In this document: positions 12,221 to 24,893 of the stretch, in pieces
How the letters are laid out: every line of letters begins with the position of its first letter
How positions within the stretch are numbered: position 1 is the stretch's first letter
Assembly (NCBI GenBank): GCA_973895155.1
Contig: OZ316896.1
Location: 18,092,754-18,156,753 of the forward strand
DNA length: 64,000 bases
Source of the DNA: Marsupella aquatica
Taxonomy: Eukaryota; Plantae; Marchantiophyta
Reading direction: 5' to 3'
The notes under the pieces: generated by a model
What the model was told of the DNA's origin: nothing
Database searches by the model: none
The model's input: only the letters and a program-made list of their open reading frames with translations
Program-made: the position numbers and the translations under genes

Positions 12221-14589
12221 TAGTCTTCAGCGCCATTGCTTGACTCTACGGCACAAGGCAATCTGCAGAATGTTCTTTTATGAAAAAATAATTTTAAAAA
12301 TTTAATGGTATAATGAACTACTCTGACTTGAAAATTATTGGTGTGATCTATGAAGTTCAAGCTACCAACCAAAAAAGCGGGGACTTTATGGACATATCTG
12401 ACACTCAATCTTACCCTTAAAAATCTCTTCCTTGTGTCATAAGTTTAGATTGCCATGAATTTAGTTTCGAATGGAGTTGACCTGTTCCGCTAAATACAAA
12501 AAACGAAGCATGTTATATCCCAAGCCTGTTGGACTGGATATTGGATACATTTTAACATTTATCTGGTGACTATAAAATCAGTAAGCAAGACATTGGCAAA
12601 TGTGCAATCACCCCCCCACACACACACACACGATAATTATTCCATACATGACTGTCTACTTTATCGGTACACGGGTACAGTACTCAACCGAATGTCCAGT
12701 CCAGATCCGGATTCTTTCACCTGCCCTCCACTCCACTCCATTCCAATCCCATATTTAATTTTATGTTGGCGCTACAAACGAGACGTTTGCCAGTGGAGGC
12801 GATAGGCAAACACTCCAACACACAAGCATGTCAGGCGACTGTCCCTCATGGATTGGCTTCATGAGGAGCAGGGTAACCTACAAATCTCGTTAAGCTACAG
12901 TGTGACCTCGGAGAATGAACCCAGTATGGAGTTATTTTATTTTATGTTGTCTTGAACAGTGCATTCAATCTGGTCTACTGTCCTACGGAAAGTCGAACAA
13001 GACAAGTCCTCCTGTCCAGGTCTTTGCTGCCTGCCATCATTCGGTTGTTTCAATTTTTTCCCAGGATTTGATGACTGTAAATTGTTGGTACAGCGTAGGT
13101 GGGATCAGTCTGTTCTTTCGGTTTTTGCCTTGGATTTGGTTCTGTAAGTTTTGGTACAGTGTAGCTGTGTAGGGCGGCTCTCGAGTGACAGACAGTAAGT
13201 GAGGTCATTGGCAAGATGTCACGCGTTTTGCTCGTCATCTTGACGACTCGTTTCTTGACTCGTCATCTCTGAAGTTTGTGATGTCTCTGCTCTTGACACG
13301 ATCTATTTGGGCTTCTTCCTTTGGGCCTTCTGTAGCTGCGTTACTATTTCCAAGACTAGATTGAAACCCCACTACCACTTTGCAAAATGTGGTTCGGTTG
13401 TGGCCCCAAGACCATTCCACTGTTGGGTATCATATTGGAACCTGGACCTGATACCAAGCTCACTCTGTTTTGACGTTCTTGGTACCATCAGAAAAGTCTC
13501 CAAAAAGTTCTTTCCATGATACCTGTCACGCTTTCTAAAACGTTGTGTACTGTCTGTAAAGTAGGTTCGAGATTTTCACTCAGATCGTTTTGTAGGCTCT
13601 GAGAGAACTTTCTTGAACGGATATTTGCAGCCATTATATTTTCCTCAATTTTGAGTTTCATGAATAGTTTTGTTATCAATGGAAAGCTCATGGAAAAAGC
13701 TACTAAGCTTTGTAATGGTCCCTACTGTAGTTCGCCTTTCCATAGTGTGTACAGCTCTACCAAAGCTCTGGTGTCTGTTGTTTGCTCCACACTAGAGACA
13801 GTAGCAAATTGATTTGAAAAGGAAAGAGTACGAGACAAGGCAAGAGGTCATGCACCCACGGAGCGCCAGTGGCTCAAAATGAGCACGGGCCACGAGACAA
13901 GATTGGGACCTCTCCCTCCCGCCCCAATCTACCCCCGTCCAGCTGCCCCTGGGGCCATCACTCTAGACTGCCATCGACTTCATAAAATTAATGCCTCACT
14001 GACTAATTATTTATGGACATAAATTTGCCGATGCTCTAGGCTTTTCCATAGTCAGAGGACCAGAGGGCCCTCGAGGGAGGACTATCACGCAAACCCACTT
14101 AGAGTGTTCCTTTTGATCTTGGTTTTGTTCACTTGGGTCCTCTTTTGTTTATTTTTTTTACTCTGTTTGACCCTTTTTTTAAAAAGTTTATGTATATTTC
14201 TATTTCAATGTCTCGTAGAATATTTTCCGCGATAATGTCTTCATTCTCGCTCAAATTGAAAATGAAGATCCCATTGCTAAAATATGAAATTACAGCCCGC
14301 CAACAGGGAGAGGTGCTGTCAATATCCAATTGATTGGATGAAAAACTCGTGACAGTACGGTCTGAATTTTGCTTAGTGAATCGAAGTGAATATCGATATA
14401 AAATGGATATTGAATGGGCCTAGTGATCGAAATGAAGCAAAATGAATCGTTTCAGAATGATTGCTCCTGCTTCAATATTCCATCCTTGTCGAGCAGTCGC
14501 TGTGACTGCCTCACCAGGTGGGAGTCAGAGGGGAGATGGGTTTCTGAAGGGATTTTTACACATGCACGAGGAACAGAGGATCAAAGTCA

Positions 14590-14760
14590 AGGTTACGAGG
14601 TCCTTGACCCAATAGATTGGTACGCCCTGGCTAAGATGTAGATACGTGCCAATATCTACAGCATTTGTTCAGTTTTAAGGGCATGCTTACCCCATGCCAA
14701 TGGAATATATTCTTGTTGTCGAGGCAATTTTTATTGGCCAACTGAAAAGGGGAATCTCGT
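14590..14760 (+). mobile_element. Possible decayed hAT transposase C-terminal dimerisation domain
   Basis: LDPIDWY...ANIYSICSVL...P...VE..F..LKR loosely resembles the hAT DPLxWW..YPxL....L.IP....ER.FS.LKR pattern. Interrupted by a stop and frameshifts. Confidence 0.25.
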
Positions 14761-15601
14761 CTTCATTTTTTAGCGAATGGGAGAAGGAAATCCAGCCCCG
14801 AGACAACCAACTACCCAACCAGCCAGAGGTCTCGGGGGGAGGAAAACCCTTCATTTCTATTGAAAGGCAAATGAAGCAACCAACCAAAAGGCTGAAAAGA
14901 GGCCGAAATAGGCCACACATAGATAGCGAATCTGATCAGCTGAATGGGCAAGATGGGACCAACAAAGCAAGACCGTGAAAGACATCCTAATCAAGCATCT
15001 ACATGCAGAAAGCATAGTCTAAATGACCTGTTGCATCCATGCTACCGGCTGAGCTGACAGTTGAAGGAGAAGAGCGCCTAACATCACCCTCTACTTGCAG
15101 AAAGCATACTTCACTTGAGCTGTTGAATCCGTGATCCGGGCTGAGCTGACAGTTGACGCAAAAGAGCAACTCCACCTAGCGCTGTTGGATCTATGATACC
15201 AACTAAGCTGACAGTAAGTTGAAGCAGAAGGGCGGGCAGCCATGAGCATGCCAAGGGCCAGAACTTCGGTCATTCTAAGCAGTGAGAAAGTCTCTGGCCT
15301 GAGTACCCTTTCCCAAGCGGATGTGCTCAGTCTGCAGCCCGACCCTCACTTCGATGTTCTACTGCCTCGATGCTGAATGCATACCTTCTGCCTCGATGTT
15401 CTGGCCCAACACGCTGCGGCTGTGCAATGTGCAGATGAGGCCGAACTGCGACATGAGCAGCTGCGCAAGAGGAAAGCGAGAAAAACCCCTGCAATTTTTA
15501 GGTGGGGTTCCATGGCGCGTTTCGGGATGTGGGGTCCGGTTCCCCCAATGGCGAGAGCCTCTTCCCACCAATTACTTCAAAGAGCTTTTTACCAACCTGT
15601 C

Positions 15602-15865
15602 CCCCTAACCAGCTAACCTCCTCAATTTGATATCCTGTCCCCCAAACCAAATTATTTGTCAGCCTGCCCCCCATTGTGTAAGTGGGTTGGTATTAACCCA
15701 ACATGGGGTTCCAACTGAAAACATGTGGAGCCGCCCCTAACCAGCTAACCTCCTCAATTTGATATCCTGTCCCCCAAACCAAATTATTTGTCAGCCTGCC
15801 CCCCATTGTGTAAGTGGGTTGGTATTAACCCAGCATGGGGTTCCAACTGAAAACATGTGGAGCCG
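15602..15865. repeat. Near-perfect 132 bp tandem duplication
   Basis: 15602-15733 and 15734-15865 are identical apart from about one substitution. Confidence 0.95.
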
Positions 15866-16149
15866 TGATTGGCTCGGGGTAACCAGCTGGAAACTCCCCT
15901 TCCTCTTCCCTGTTGTGGCCCATTCCCGTGCATGGGCCATTGTTCAGACTCGGGAGGAGGCCTAACGGCCACCAAGTGCTCCCTCAAGCCCACCCAAACT
16001 TGGACATGTTTTCCCCTCCATCTACTTACGAAAACTTCAAATGTTCAGTCATTTGTCAATTTCATGCAAAGCCAAAATGTACAACCACTTACATGAACAC
16101 TACAGTCTTCTCCTAAAGACAGCACCATGGCACTTCATTCAAATAGTGG

Positions 16150-16885
16150 GCAGTGAGATGCTGTATTCAAAACAAGTGCCCCGGGTCTTGTGTTCAAGTT
16201 TTGACTCACAGTTTTGGTTTATTGTACTTCTGGCATTGTGTTCAAAATATGACAGCATGTTTAGATGAATGTCTTTGTAAGCAAGAATGACAGGCATAGA
16301 ACTGATGAGTCTTGGAGAGAAGTGCTTGAGTTCAAGCTTCTTCTACTTTTCAACAACATGTACTCCCTAAAAGGAATGTGTAGCTAAATAATTCAGACAC
16401 TGAATGACAATTTGAAGTATAATTTTATGATTTCTAGAGCATTTGGACATGGATTTAATTATTTGCACAGGACAGTAAAGTTGTTGATTGGAGTTTCAAT
16501 TGAGTATGTCTGGGCAGTATTGCCACTATTGTTGTAGAAGATGTGAAGGCTGTCAATAGCTTTTCTATAGCTTTAACAATCAATTAATCCGACAACTATT
16601 CCAATTGCCTTTTTTATAATCTACCTTTTACAATGAGTCTCAAAGTATGGAGTTCATGAACTTGCATCTTTTGTGCTCAGAGTTGTTAGTTTTATTAGGG
16701 TCAAAGTCGAACACAACTCCAATTTTGAACACACAACGCCCACTTCAAACACAACTCCCATGCTCTGTTTTAAATGGACGATGAAAGTACATTTCCATTA
16801 GGGGACCCAAAAAAATTATTTTCAAACACAACTCGCCACTTATCTTTAGATTTCCCGGGGGCGCTGTGTTTGGGGGAAGATAGTA
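16150..16885. mobile_element. Possible MITE / non-autonomous DNA transposon relic
   Basis: Left part has TTGTGTTCAA units and right part has inverted (T/G)AACACAAC units. The right end GGGGGAAGATAGTA resembles a TA-flanked pogo/Tc1-type terminus. Confidence 0.3.
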
Positions 16886-17659
16886 TTACAACTCTAAAAA
16901 CAAAACTCTTGAAAAAGACCAGATCAATTTTTTGTCCTATGTTCTAGTAAACACCCTTGGTCTCTTCTAATTGATTCCTCCATTCAAACTTATATCTCTT
17001 CAAAGCGCAATCTGGCGGGAAAACAACTCTTTACAGTATCGCACCTATTTTCAACTTTCCAAACAGTATGATTATGTCTGAGCTTTGAAACATTTCAGGA
17101 ACCGCCGAATGTGTTTGGAGCAGAAGCACATCGCAGAAATATCATGTTTCTGAACTTTCGGATTCGGGATATGGTGAGAAGGAGCGCCGCTTTGTTAAAG
17201 CTCCGCCAGGCCATTCCATGTCTTCCGACTTTCATCGACAATTTGGCGTGATTACACTGTAATATGTGCCGCAGAAGGTCAGTGCCAAACCCTGCAGATT
17301 CTCTCACGCCTGCGCCATTCTGACTGACCTTTTTCAGTCCATTGTGTGCCTTACATGAAGTGGGTGGAGAGTTTATTGATGAGGAGCAGAGTTCAAGCGA
17401 ACCCAGAAAATCTTAAAACCCTCGGCTCTGTCTGCTTTTCAGGGGAATGCTTGGAGAACTGATGGGCCTTGCGTTTGAAGCACAGAAGAATTGCTTCTGA
17501 CTGCCACAGAGTCTGCTTCGAAACTAGTATGTTCGAGAGATGGCTGTGCACTGGAGAGAGTAGAAATTAGACTGAAGAGTGGTGGAGGGGGAGAGAACCA
17601 ATTGTCTGGAAACCATATCATATTTTGGCATCAGATCGCTATAGAGAAGGGGCGTAGTG

Positions 17660-19359
17660 ATGGACGTGGAGGAGTTGATGAACAGAGGCAGGGCAGAGGT
17701 TGCCGTAGACACCATCGAGGCTCATTTCATGAAAGCGAGTACTGATTTGCAGGTAAGAGCTCCTCTGTCGCACACAGAGTTCAACTCGTTTGCTCCCCAT
17801 TTCTTCGTCGTTTTCTGTTCCTCCCTATCTGGTTTTTCTGCATTCCATCCTAGTGGTTGTTCTGGCAATGTTGCCAATGCTCCCCCATCACAACGAATTC
17901 CGGTCTTCGCCAGGCAGGTTGCCATGCCTCCAATCAATCAATCAATCTTCCGGCGATGCATTCCTGAATCCATAAATTGTTTCGTTTGTCCGCACACTCC
18001 ATTGCCAATCTGCATCATTGAGCTCCGTGTGTATTCTTCCCTTCCTCTCCAAACTCTTAACTTCCACGGGATAGAGAGCTTCATTGGGATAATATAGGTG
18101 AAAGCATTGGTTTTGATCTGCATCCAATTTCAGTTTGAATCGAATTTAGTCTTCTTTGCTAACCTGTTTGCATACTCGTTGGGAACCCTCCCAACATGGT
18201 TGTTTTGTTATCGCGCAATTGCAACTAGGATTGGATTCCTCGAGTCTCTTGTTTTTTTGGCAAATTTATATATGAACGTTTCTCTTCGCGTTTATTGCGG
18301 GACCTAAACCCTTTGACATTACTTCTGCAGCAAATTGAGCGGGCCTTAGCTGCAGAGCTCGACACAACCTATGCTAAGAATGTAAGTTGCTACCTTTCAA
18401 TCAGTCGAGTACAGGGTCCAAGTCGTGGTTCTGCTGACTCGATCGCTCTGCGCGGAGTTGTAGTTGTGGGTAACACATTTCAAAAGGGAATCTCGTCGGC
18501 TACCTGACAAATTTGTTCAAGCACAGACGAACCCATACAACCTCCTCAACCGGATCAAACAGCTGGAAGCAGAACTTCCACTTTTGACCCAGGAATGTCA
18601 GCAGCTGACGGCTGCAAAACAGGTAAAATAGCTTTCGACGCACTTCTGATACCCATGGTCAGGATTTCCAGTAGCATAACAAAGCCGTTGAGCTGAATCG
18701 CCCTGTTGAAATCCGGGTCACGAGATAATGCATCAGCCCTTCTGAAATCCCGCTCATTTCTATCGTGCTACTACTTATTGATGTAAAGGCCTTGCCAAGT
18801 TGAATCTTTCAGCCGCTTTCTTTTCAGGACCTCATCGATTCCGCCAAGAGGATTCTTGTTCAAAATAGGTCATCTGTTCGGCGCATGGAAGCAAGGGCTG
18901 GTCTTACCGTCCCAGCCGACTCTGAAGATTCCGTGTATACGGGATTCAAGCAGGTGAGGACATGTCGTAGATGGTTTGGTTTCTCATTGAAAAAGTATGT
19001 TGCGAGATTTTACTTTTGCTAATTAGGTTATGGCAGCGGGTCTTCTGTACTCTTAGATAATCCGATACTGATGCCGCTCATTACACCTCACAGATACTCA
19101 AGGAGTGGAACCAGGGTATACAATCAAGTAAGCTTCTTCACTGTCACTGTGATATCAGCTTCTACTCCATAGTTTTCAATCATGGAACTTCAGTTGGTTG
19201 TTTGAATGTTTTGGTTTCTGAGCACCCAAACACAAATCTGGGCTAGTTTCTAATGCAAATTTTCTTTACGCAGGAGATACATCTGCAAATAACGTTCTAG
19301 CCAAGCACGACTTAAACCTCACAGTTTTCCAGTCGAAAGCTCGTGCACCAAATGCATGA
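17660..19359 (+). CDS. SKA2: Spindle and kinetochore-associated protein 2 (SKA2/FAM33A-like), 6 exons, ~161 aa
   Basis: GT-AG exons 17660-17752, 18331-18381, 18527-18622, 18828-18953, 19094-19127, 19274-19359 join in frame: ..AVDTIEAHFMKASTDLQQIERALAAELDTTYAKNTNPYNLLNRIKQLEAEL..QECQQLTAAKQDLIDSAKRILVQN..FKQILKEWN. This matches the plant SKA2 pattern (F.KA..DL, NP..L..RIK, KQDLID). Confidence 0.8.
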
Positions 19360-19779
19360 CTTCACCCTCAGTTTTGTGGTAGAAATCCATTGCACCAAGT
19401 GCATGGTGTGCACAAGAATACAAGTAGCAGTTTAGTGTGAGAACAGGCTTGCAAGTGAATCGGTATTCGGGTACTATGTACTAGGCCAATATAACTGAAA
19501 GTAATGATATATGGTAGTGGTAGTGCAGCCTAATTGACTCGTTACATAGTGTGTATAAAGTTACTAAGACATCCCATTGTGCGAGATCTATGCGGAATTT
19601 GTGCGTTGTAACCATGAACCAAATGCAGAGTACTGGCATTGAAGTCGAGGCTGGTATCATTGATTAGAGATGGGAAAACAATATCTGGAGGTCTAGAGAA
19701 AGAAACTTTAAGAATCATTATTTCGAGTGGAAATGTTTGACCAATAAAAACCTTTCATGAAAAATCACAAAGAATGGGC

Positions 19780-20490
19780 CTTCACCTCGGCAGGAATCGA
19801 AGGTGCAATGGGGCCGACGTCTACTTTATTGTAACCTGACGCCGGAAGTTTTTCTGTCATGTTCCTCAGCATGGCTTTGGGAGAAGTATCTCAAGAAAAT
19901 ATTGATTCCTGCCAGGGCTGACAATGCCCAAGTAAAGCACCATCGTTTAGGTGAAACATTGGCGAAAGACCAACAAATAGACACCTGTGTTTATGCCCCT
20001 GTCCAAAATAGTAGCAATCAAATTGACATATGCCCCTCGGCGATGATACACCCCACCCTTGCGTGGCCTGCCTTATTACTATGGCGTCCCATTTCTCTTC
20101 TGGCCAGCGAACAGTAAACTCAGGATCGCCTCAAGATCCTTTGAGGTGATCTTCGAGGATCCCAAATTTCCCCGGCTGTCTCCACCAATCTTGAATTAAG
20201 CTATGTCCTGAATGTGCACAACAAAGGTCTTGGGTGACCCCGTAGGGAAATGAACTCTTAGCCTCCGCTGACAAGCGGAAGAGAGTCTGTCGACGAACAC
20301 CAGCTTGGCCTCGAAATGACTTGGAAGCGACAAAGTTGGTCTGTGCATCGAGACGGTAATTGATGGTCTTTAGGACACCGCCAGCCACTAGCACGGTAAA
20401 ATGCAACTCATCGGTACCTTGACGATTCGGAGACGCTACTGAGACCTACATAGAGAAAGGTCCGAGAGGAGTGAGAGGTTAGCCTAATAT
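19780..20490 (-). pseudogene. Acyl-activating enzyme (AAE, AMP-binding acyl-CoA synthetase) pseudogene
   Basis: Frameshifted minus-strand blocks in family order: AN..LTPLG, VSVASPN..ELHFTVLVAGGVLKTINYRLDAQT, SHFEAKLVFVD, WPEEKWDAI, GVYHRRGAY, MFH....FTWG. The YTSGTT AMP-binding motif is destroyed. Confidence 0.7.
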
Positions 20491-21512
20491 TACCCTACTC
20501 ACCAAACTATGAACAACGCGAGAGAGTTAGAATTCGTTTCTGCAATGCCTCGACAATCTACGACAGATGCTGTTCAATAAGCAGATTGTCTCTCAATCTG
20601 GTTGTTACTCTGGAGTGCATTCTAAACCCGAATTCTGAGCTCTTCCAGTTACTAGCAGCTACAGTTTCTTCTGGAATCTTACCCATCTTTCCGAATATTT
20701 CCCTGTGGCAGACCTGCTTTCTGCTCCCTAGCTTCGTGATCTTCGAATTTGATTGAAGTGCTTGCTGTGGGACCGACTGTCGGAGAGACCAGATGGCTGC
20801 CCGAGATAAGTTGCGTCAACAATCCGATCTAGCTGTGGGTGCTGATGAGCATCGTTTTAAATCTGAGATTTCAATCCTAGAGGATCTCCTTGTTATCTCT
20901 TCAGACAGCTTCCTATGTTTATGGAAGATATTCCCCAAAACCATGCAGGAAAATCCATTCCAGCAATCGCTAGATAAGGGAAACACATGAGTAAAACTAT
21001 CTGTTGGGATTCTTAGCTGCAACATTTTTTTCCTCCCAATTCTTGACATTCTTTGTCAATGTCTCCATCTAGCAAATTCGAAACAAGAATTTCACAGGAG
21101 ACGGGGCTGACATACTTCCAACTTGGCAAACCAATCTAGGCCAACCATAATAATTACAGAACCAAGAGGGTGTAATCACAAGCCCATAGTGGACAAGAAG
21201 ACTCGAGCAAAAGTAAACAGCAATTCGAGAGAGAATCCCGGGAATGACAACGGTGTCGCCCTAGAAAAATTGTATGACAACAACGTGCGGAGGTCATTCG
21301 AAGACTGCGTTCCAGCACCTGTGCCATATCCCATTCGGGGTCCTATCTTTGAGGTGGAAGGCATGGAAACAGATCAAATGTACAGCATTTACTGCAATGA
21401 AGAGAGAACACTGCGGAGAGTAAAAGAGAGTACAATTAAGTAGAGATATCTGAGTCAAATACAACTGCGTCTTCAGGCTACTGGGAAAATGGAAACCCTG
21501 CCATCAGTCTCC

Positions 21513-22857
21513 CTATTTTGCGGTGAAGGAAGCTCCACACCCGCAACCACTAGCAGCATTTGGATTTGTCGCTACCTGGCACCAGCCATGTATACCATAG
21601 GTCAATAGAATGTGAGCTAAGCATGATTCTCTGATCAAAATTATGGACATATAAGGACACACAGTCATCTTTCCACTCAAAAACTTTTTCACGTGCAGCT
21701 CAACATGTTAGTGCCAGACATAGTAATGAGAATAGATTCCAAAGCGGTCAATACGATTTTAAAAGTGCAGATTTTTTCATGCAACAAAGATTGAACGATG
21801 TAGGTCAGGGAGATCGATGGGCTTCAATCCAGTTGAACATACACCCTACAACACCAGTTGGAAACAGTTTGAAACCAATAAGAGGAAACTCACGGAAAAT
21901 GAAGCTCGAATCAACTCCTCCGAAAAATCTATTGTGGCACCTTTTACGAAAGACAAAGATATGTCATCGATCACGATCGCAGCTCCATCTTTCTCAAACA
22001 GTCTGCGCAGCGAGAACGCCAACCTGTTAGAGACCCATGGGAATAATTCAATTCTTCCACCCATGGTTAGTCCCGGCCCAATTATGAAACCAAATATCTG
22101 GAGTCTATTGAACTACCTGTCATCGGAATTCTGCTTGTCGTCGAGGCTAAAGTTATATAGGAAACCTGAACAGCCACCGCCCTCAACACTCAGACGCAAC
22201 ATCTTCTTCGGCCCTGCTGCTCCATCTTCCATCTGAATCTCTTTCAGCCTCTGCAAGAAACAAAAAGCAAAAAGTCACGAAAGTAGATTGACGATGCAAT
22301 TAATTTGAAGGCTTTTGAAACAACATGAATCCATTCCATAGATCATGACGTCGAGCTTAAGTGATAGGATAAGACAGTGTACCCTGATGCAGCTGTCTGT
22401 GATGACGATTCCATCGCTGGATGAGGGTTCAGAAGCCTCCACAGCTGCCGTGGACAAATGCTGCCAACGACCTCTTCTACCGGACCAGTCTACAGTTGTA
22501 AATTGCGCCTTTAAACCTAGAGAAGAGAATGGGATCCAAGGCACGTTGGCGTTTGCTCCGGAATAAGAATGTTCCTTCAAATGTTTCCCTTCCGTAGACT
22601 CTCTTACCCCTTCATCTGAACACACATTCGAGCTCAGACTCAAACCTGATGTCACTTTTGAAAGACATTGCCGGCAACACTGTCCTAATTTCTCAAGCAA
22701 TCGTGAACGTACCGGGACTGTGAAGAGCGTTAGCAAATTGGTCAAATCTCCGAACCTCCAATTCGTGTTTCTGCCGCACTTTGCTGAGCACCTTGATATT
22801 ATGAAATAAAGCTTCCGACCCGCTTCTCCCTATTCTCCCTGCTGCCACTCTAATCAT
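21513..22857 (-). CDS. ISCA2: Iron-sulfur cluster assembly A-type carrier, IscA-like 2 (mitochondrial type), 5 exons, ~227 aa
   Basis: Exons 22857-22713, 22615-22383, 22250-22117, 22002-21894, 21575-21513 give ..[88 protein letters not shown] (GGCSG and CGCG.SF motifs). The N-terminus is Arg-rich. The exon 1/2 junction is less certain. Confidence 0.88.
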
Positions 22858-23436
22858 TTTTCAAGCTACCCCTGAATAGCTCTAAGAAGAAGACTCCTAC
22901 GGCAAATCGGCCCTTTCTTTCGTCCTAGGTCTCGTCGTGAGTGCGTGTCTCTGTGTCTCTCTCTGAAAAAGGGCCAGACCACAAAAAGGATTTGGGTTCT
23001 TTCGCTTCCGCTCCTCTCACCTCTACAGTCAATTCAACTCGCTTCAGTCAGAATTTAGCGGTGATTCTGCAGCCGATCGCCACCACAAACGACCTTTTCT
23101 GCAATTCCTGTTTCAGAAATAAACTAAGAAAGCGGTGATGACACAATCCTGCACAGAAATCTCTCTCAAAGAGGTCTGACCTTGAACCGACCCATTCACT
23201 CCCGCTCCTCGTCCGCTCTGAGATCAATTCAATCCGCTTCAGTCAAAATCTAGTCAAAATCAGACAATTTCTGTTCGAGAAACGGGTTTTGTGAAAGCGG
23301 AAATTCGCTCATGACAGGAAAGCCCCTGCTTGCTTCAGCCGAGCTGCTGCTCCTGGGTCACGAGGAGGCCCTTGTTAGCTGGGTTTCCAATTTACGTGGT
23401 TTGTTCTGTTACGCACACGCCATTGAACTGCTTCGT

Positions 23437-23493
23437 TGGGCCCACGAGAGGCTTGATGCGATGCCAGTACTCGTCGCATCAACTGGGCCCACG
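23437..23493. promoter_or_regulatory. Twin site II / TCP-binding motifs (TGGGCCCAC) around a short inverted repeat
   Basis: TGGGCCCACGA at 23437 and 23484, with TTGATGCGA..TCGCATCAA between them, ~600 bp upstream of ISCA2. Confidence 0.4.
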
Positions 23494-23819
23494 ATTACAC
23501 ACTACAGTGCTGAACTTTGAAGAAACCCAAACTCATTACCCAAACTCATTTCCCATGTATGTTTTTTTTTGTCTTTTTTTTCTTTTCTTTTTTCCATGTT
23601 GGGACCCTTCCCCTACTTTCCCCATTCATTAGGGCAATTTGATGGACCTCAACTCTCTTTAGCACGCAAAAGATATGGACTACAGAATCCATAGTCCATA
23701 ACTTTTTGCCATAAGGGTTGGTCTTATGCCATAACCATTTGGTCAGTGTAGAGGGGGTGAAAGCACAAACACAAACTTTTACACAATCTTGTGAAAAATC
23801 TATGACCTTTTGTTTATGA

Positions 23820-23897
23820 CCAAATGTCATCATCCTTAATTTCCAGGCTTTGAGATGCCAAATGTCATCATCCATAATTTCCAGGCTTTGAGATGCC
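23820..23897. repeat. 38 bp tandem duplication
   Basis: CAAATGTCATCATCC(T/A)TAATTTCCAGGCTTTGAGATGC occurs twice. Confidence 0.9.
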
Positions 23898-24204
23898 ATA
23901 ATTGGGCTGCTCTGCTATTGGGACCATGTCTCCACTTGTGGGGTTTTTCCCCTTTGGCAATGTGTTAGATATATAGTTGAAAAGAGAAAAATAGTGCCTT
24001 TGGCAAGGAAAACTATTTTGCCGTTTGGCACTGTGTTAAATATATACAGTAGTTGAAAGGAAGGATATACAGTGTCCACCTAAAATAGTGTGAATATATA
24101 ATTAGTGTGACACCAAAATTAGAGTGACTTACACTAATTTGTGTGAACATCTTTTTAAAACCCAAATCACACCAATTAAGTATGATTGTTAAGTCACACT
24201 ATTT

Positions 24205-24326
24205 ACTTTGTGTTGAGAGTCTGCTTGAGTATCAGTTTTATGCCTCTAAGCGAGACCAAAAGTGTACTTTGTGTTGAGACTCTGCTTGAGTATCAGTTTT
24301 ATGCCTCTAAGTGAGACCAAAAGTGT
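24205..24326. repeat. ~61 bp tandem duplication
   Basis: ACTTTGTGTTGAGA..CTGCTTGAGTATCAGTTTTATGCCTCTAAG.GAGACCAAAAGTGT occurs twice. Confidence 0.9.
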
Positions 24327-24562
24327 GATTCTTGTGAACTGCAATTAGTGTGGCACCTGAAATAATATTACTCACACTATGGCCCTTTCAATGTGAGGAT
24401 GATTGTCCTCACCTATCTGTTCACAAATGAGCGCTTCAACCAACTTTTGCCAAACCCTCATTTGTCAACAGATTCCAGGTTTAGGGTTGGCTGAGAGAAC
24501 TAATCCAAGCCTGATAACAAAAGAATTATAGATACCATTTTCTCGGTGACATTGGCACATGT

Positions 24563-24646
24563 CCGACCTTAGCTCAGTTGGTAGAGCGGAGGACTGTAGA
24601 TGCAACAGATATCCTTAGGTCGCTGGTTCGAATCCGGCAGGTCGGA
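24563..24646 (+). tRNA. tRNA-Tyr(GUA) with 11-nt intron (24600-24610)
   Basis: CCGACCTTAGCTCAGTTGGTAGAGCGGAGGACTGTAG-[ATGCAACAGAT]-ATCCTTAGGTCGCTGGTTCGAATCCGGCAGGTCGGA is the canonical plant cytosolic tRNA-Tyr. T-runs at 24654 and 24675 can serve as Pol III terminators. Confidence 0.97.
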
Positions 24647-24893
24647 AATCCAGTTTTGAATGGTGATGGATATGTTTTTTCCAGAAAAGCACAGACGTCG
24701 TTTATACGACGTGCTCTCTCTTGGCTTCGTTCGGATGCGAGCTCCTCAAATTGGAGGACATCGATCAGCACTTGGAGAGTAGAGAGCGAGCGATTGAGAG
24801 GCTCGAAGTGTAGTTGGCAATAAATCTCTCACACGCAGCTGCTTCAAGGCTGTTGATTGATGCTGTTGTTGTAGAGGTATTTAATTTGTAAAT

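Noticed and set aside
21123-22236. Plus-strand ORFs of 106 and 139 aa
   Set aside because: They are antisense to ISCA2 exons or its 3' region and have no recognisable motifs.
24678-24688. Heat-shock element upstream of CLPB3 (TTCcaGAA)
   Set aside because: Only two nGAAn units are present and they overlap the Pol III terminator. A canonical HSE needs three.
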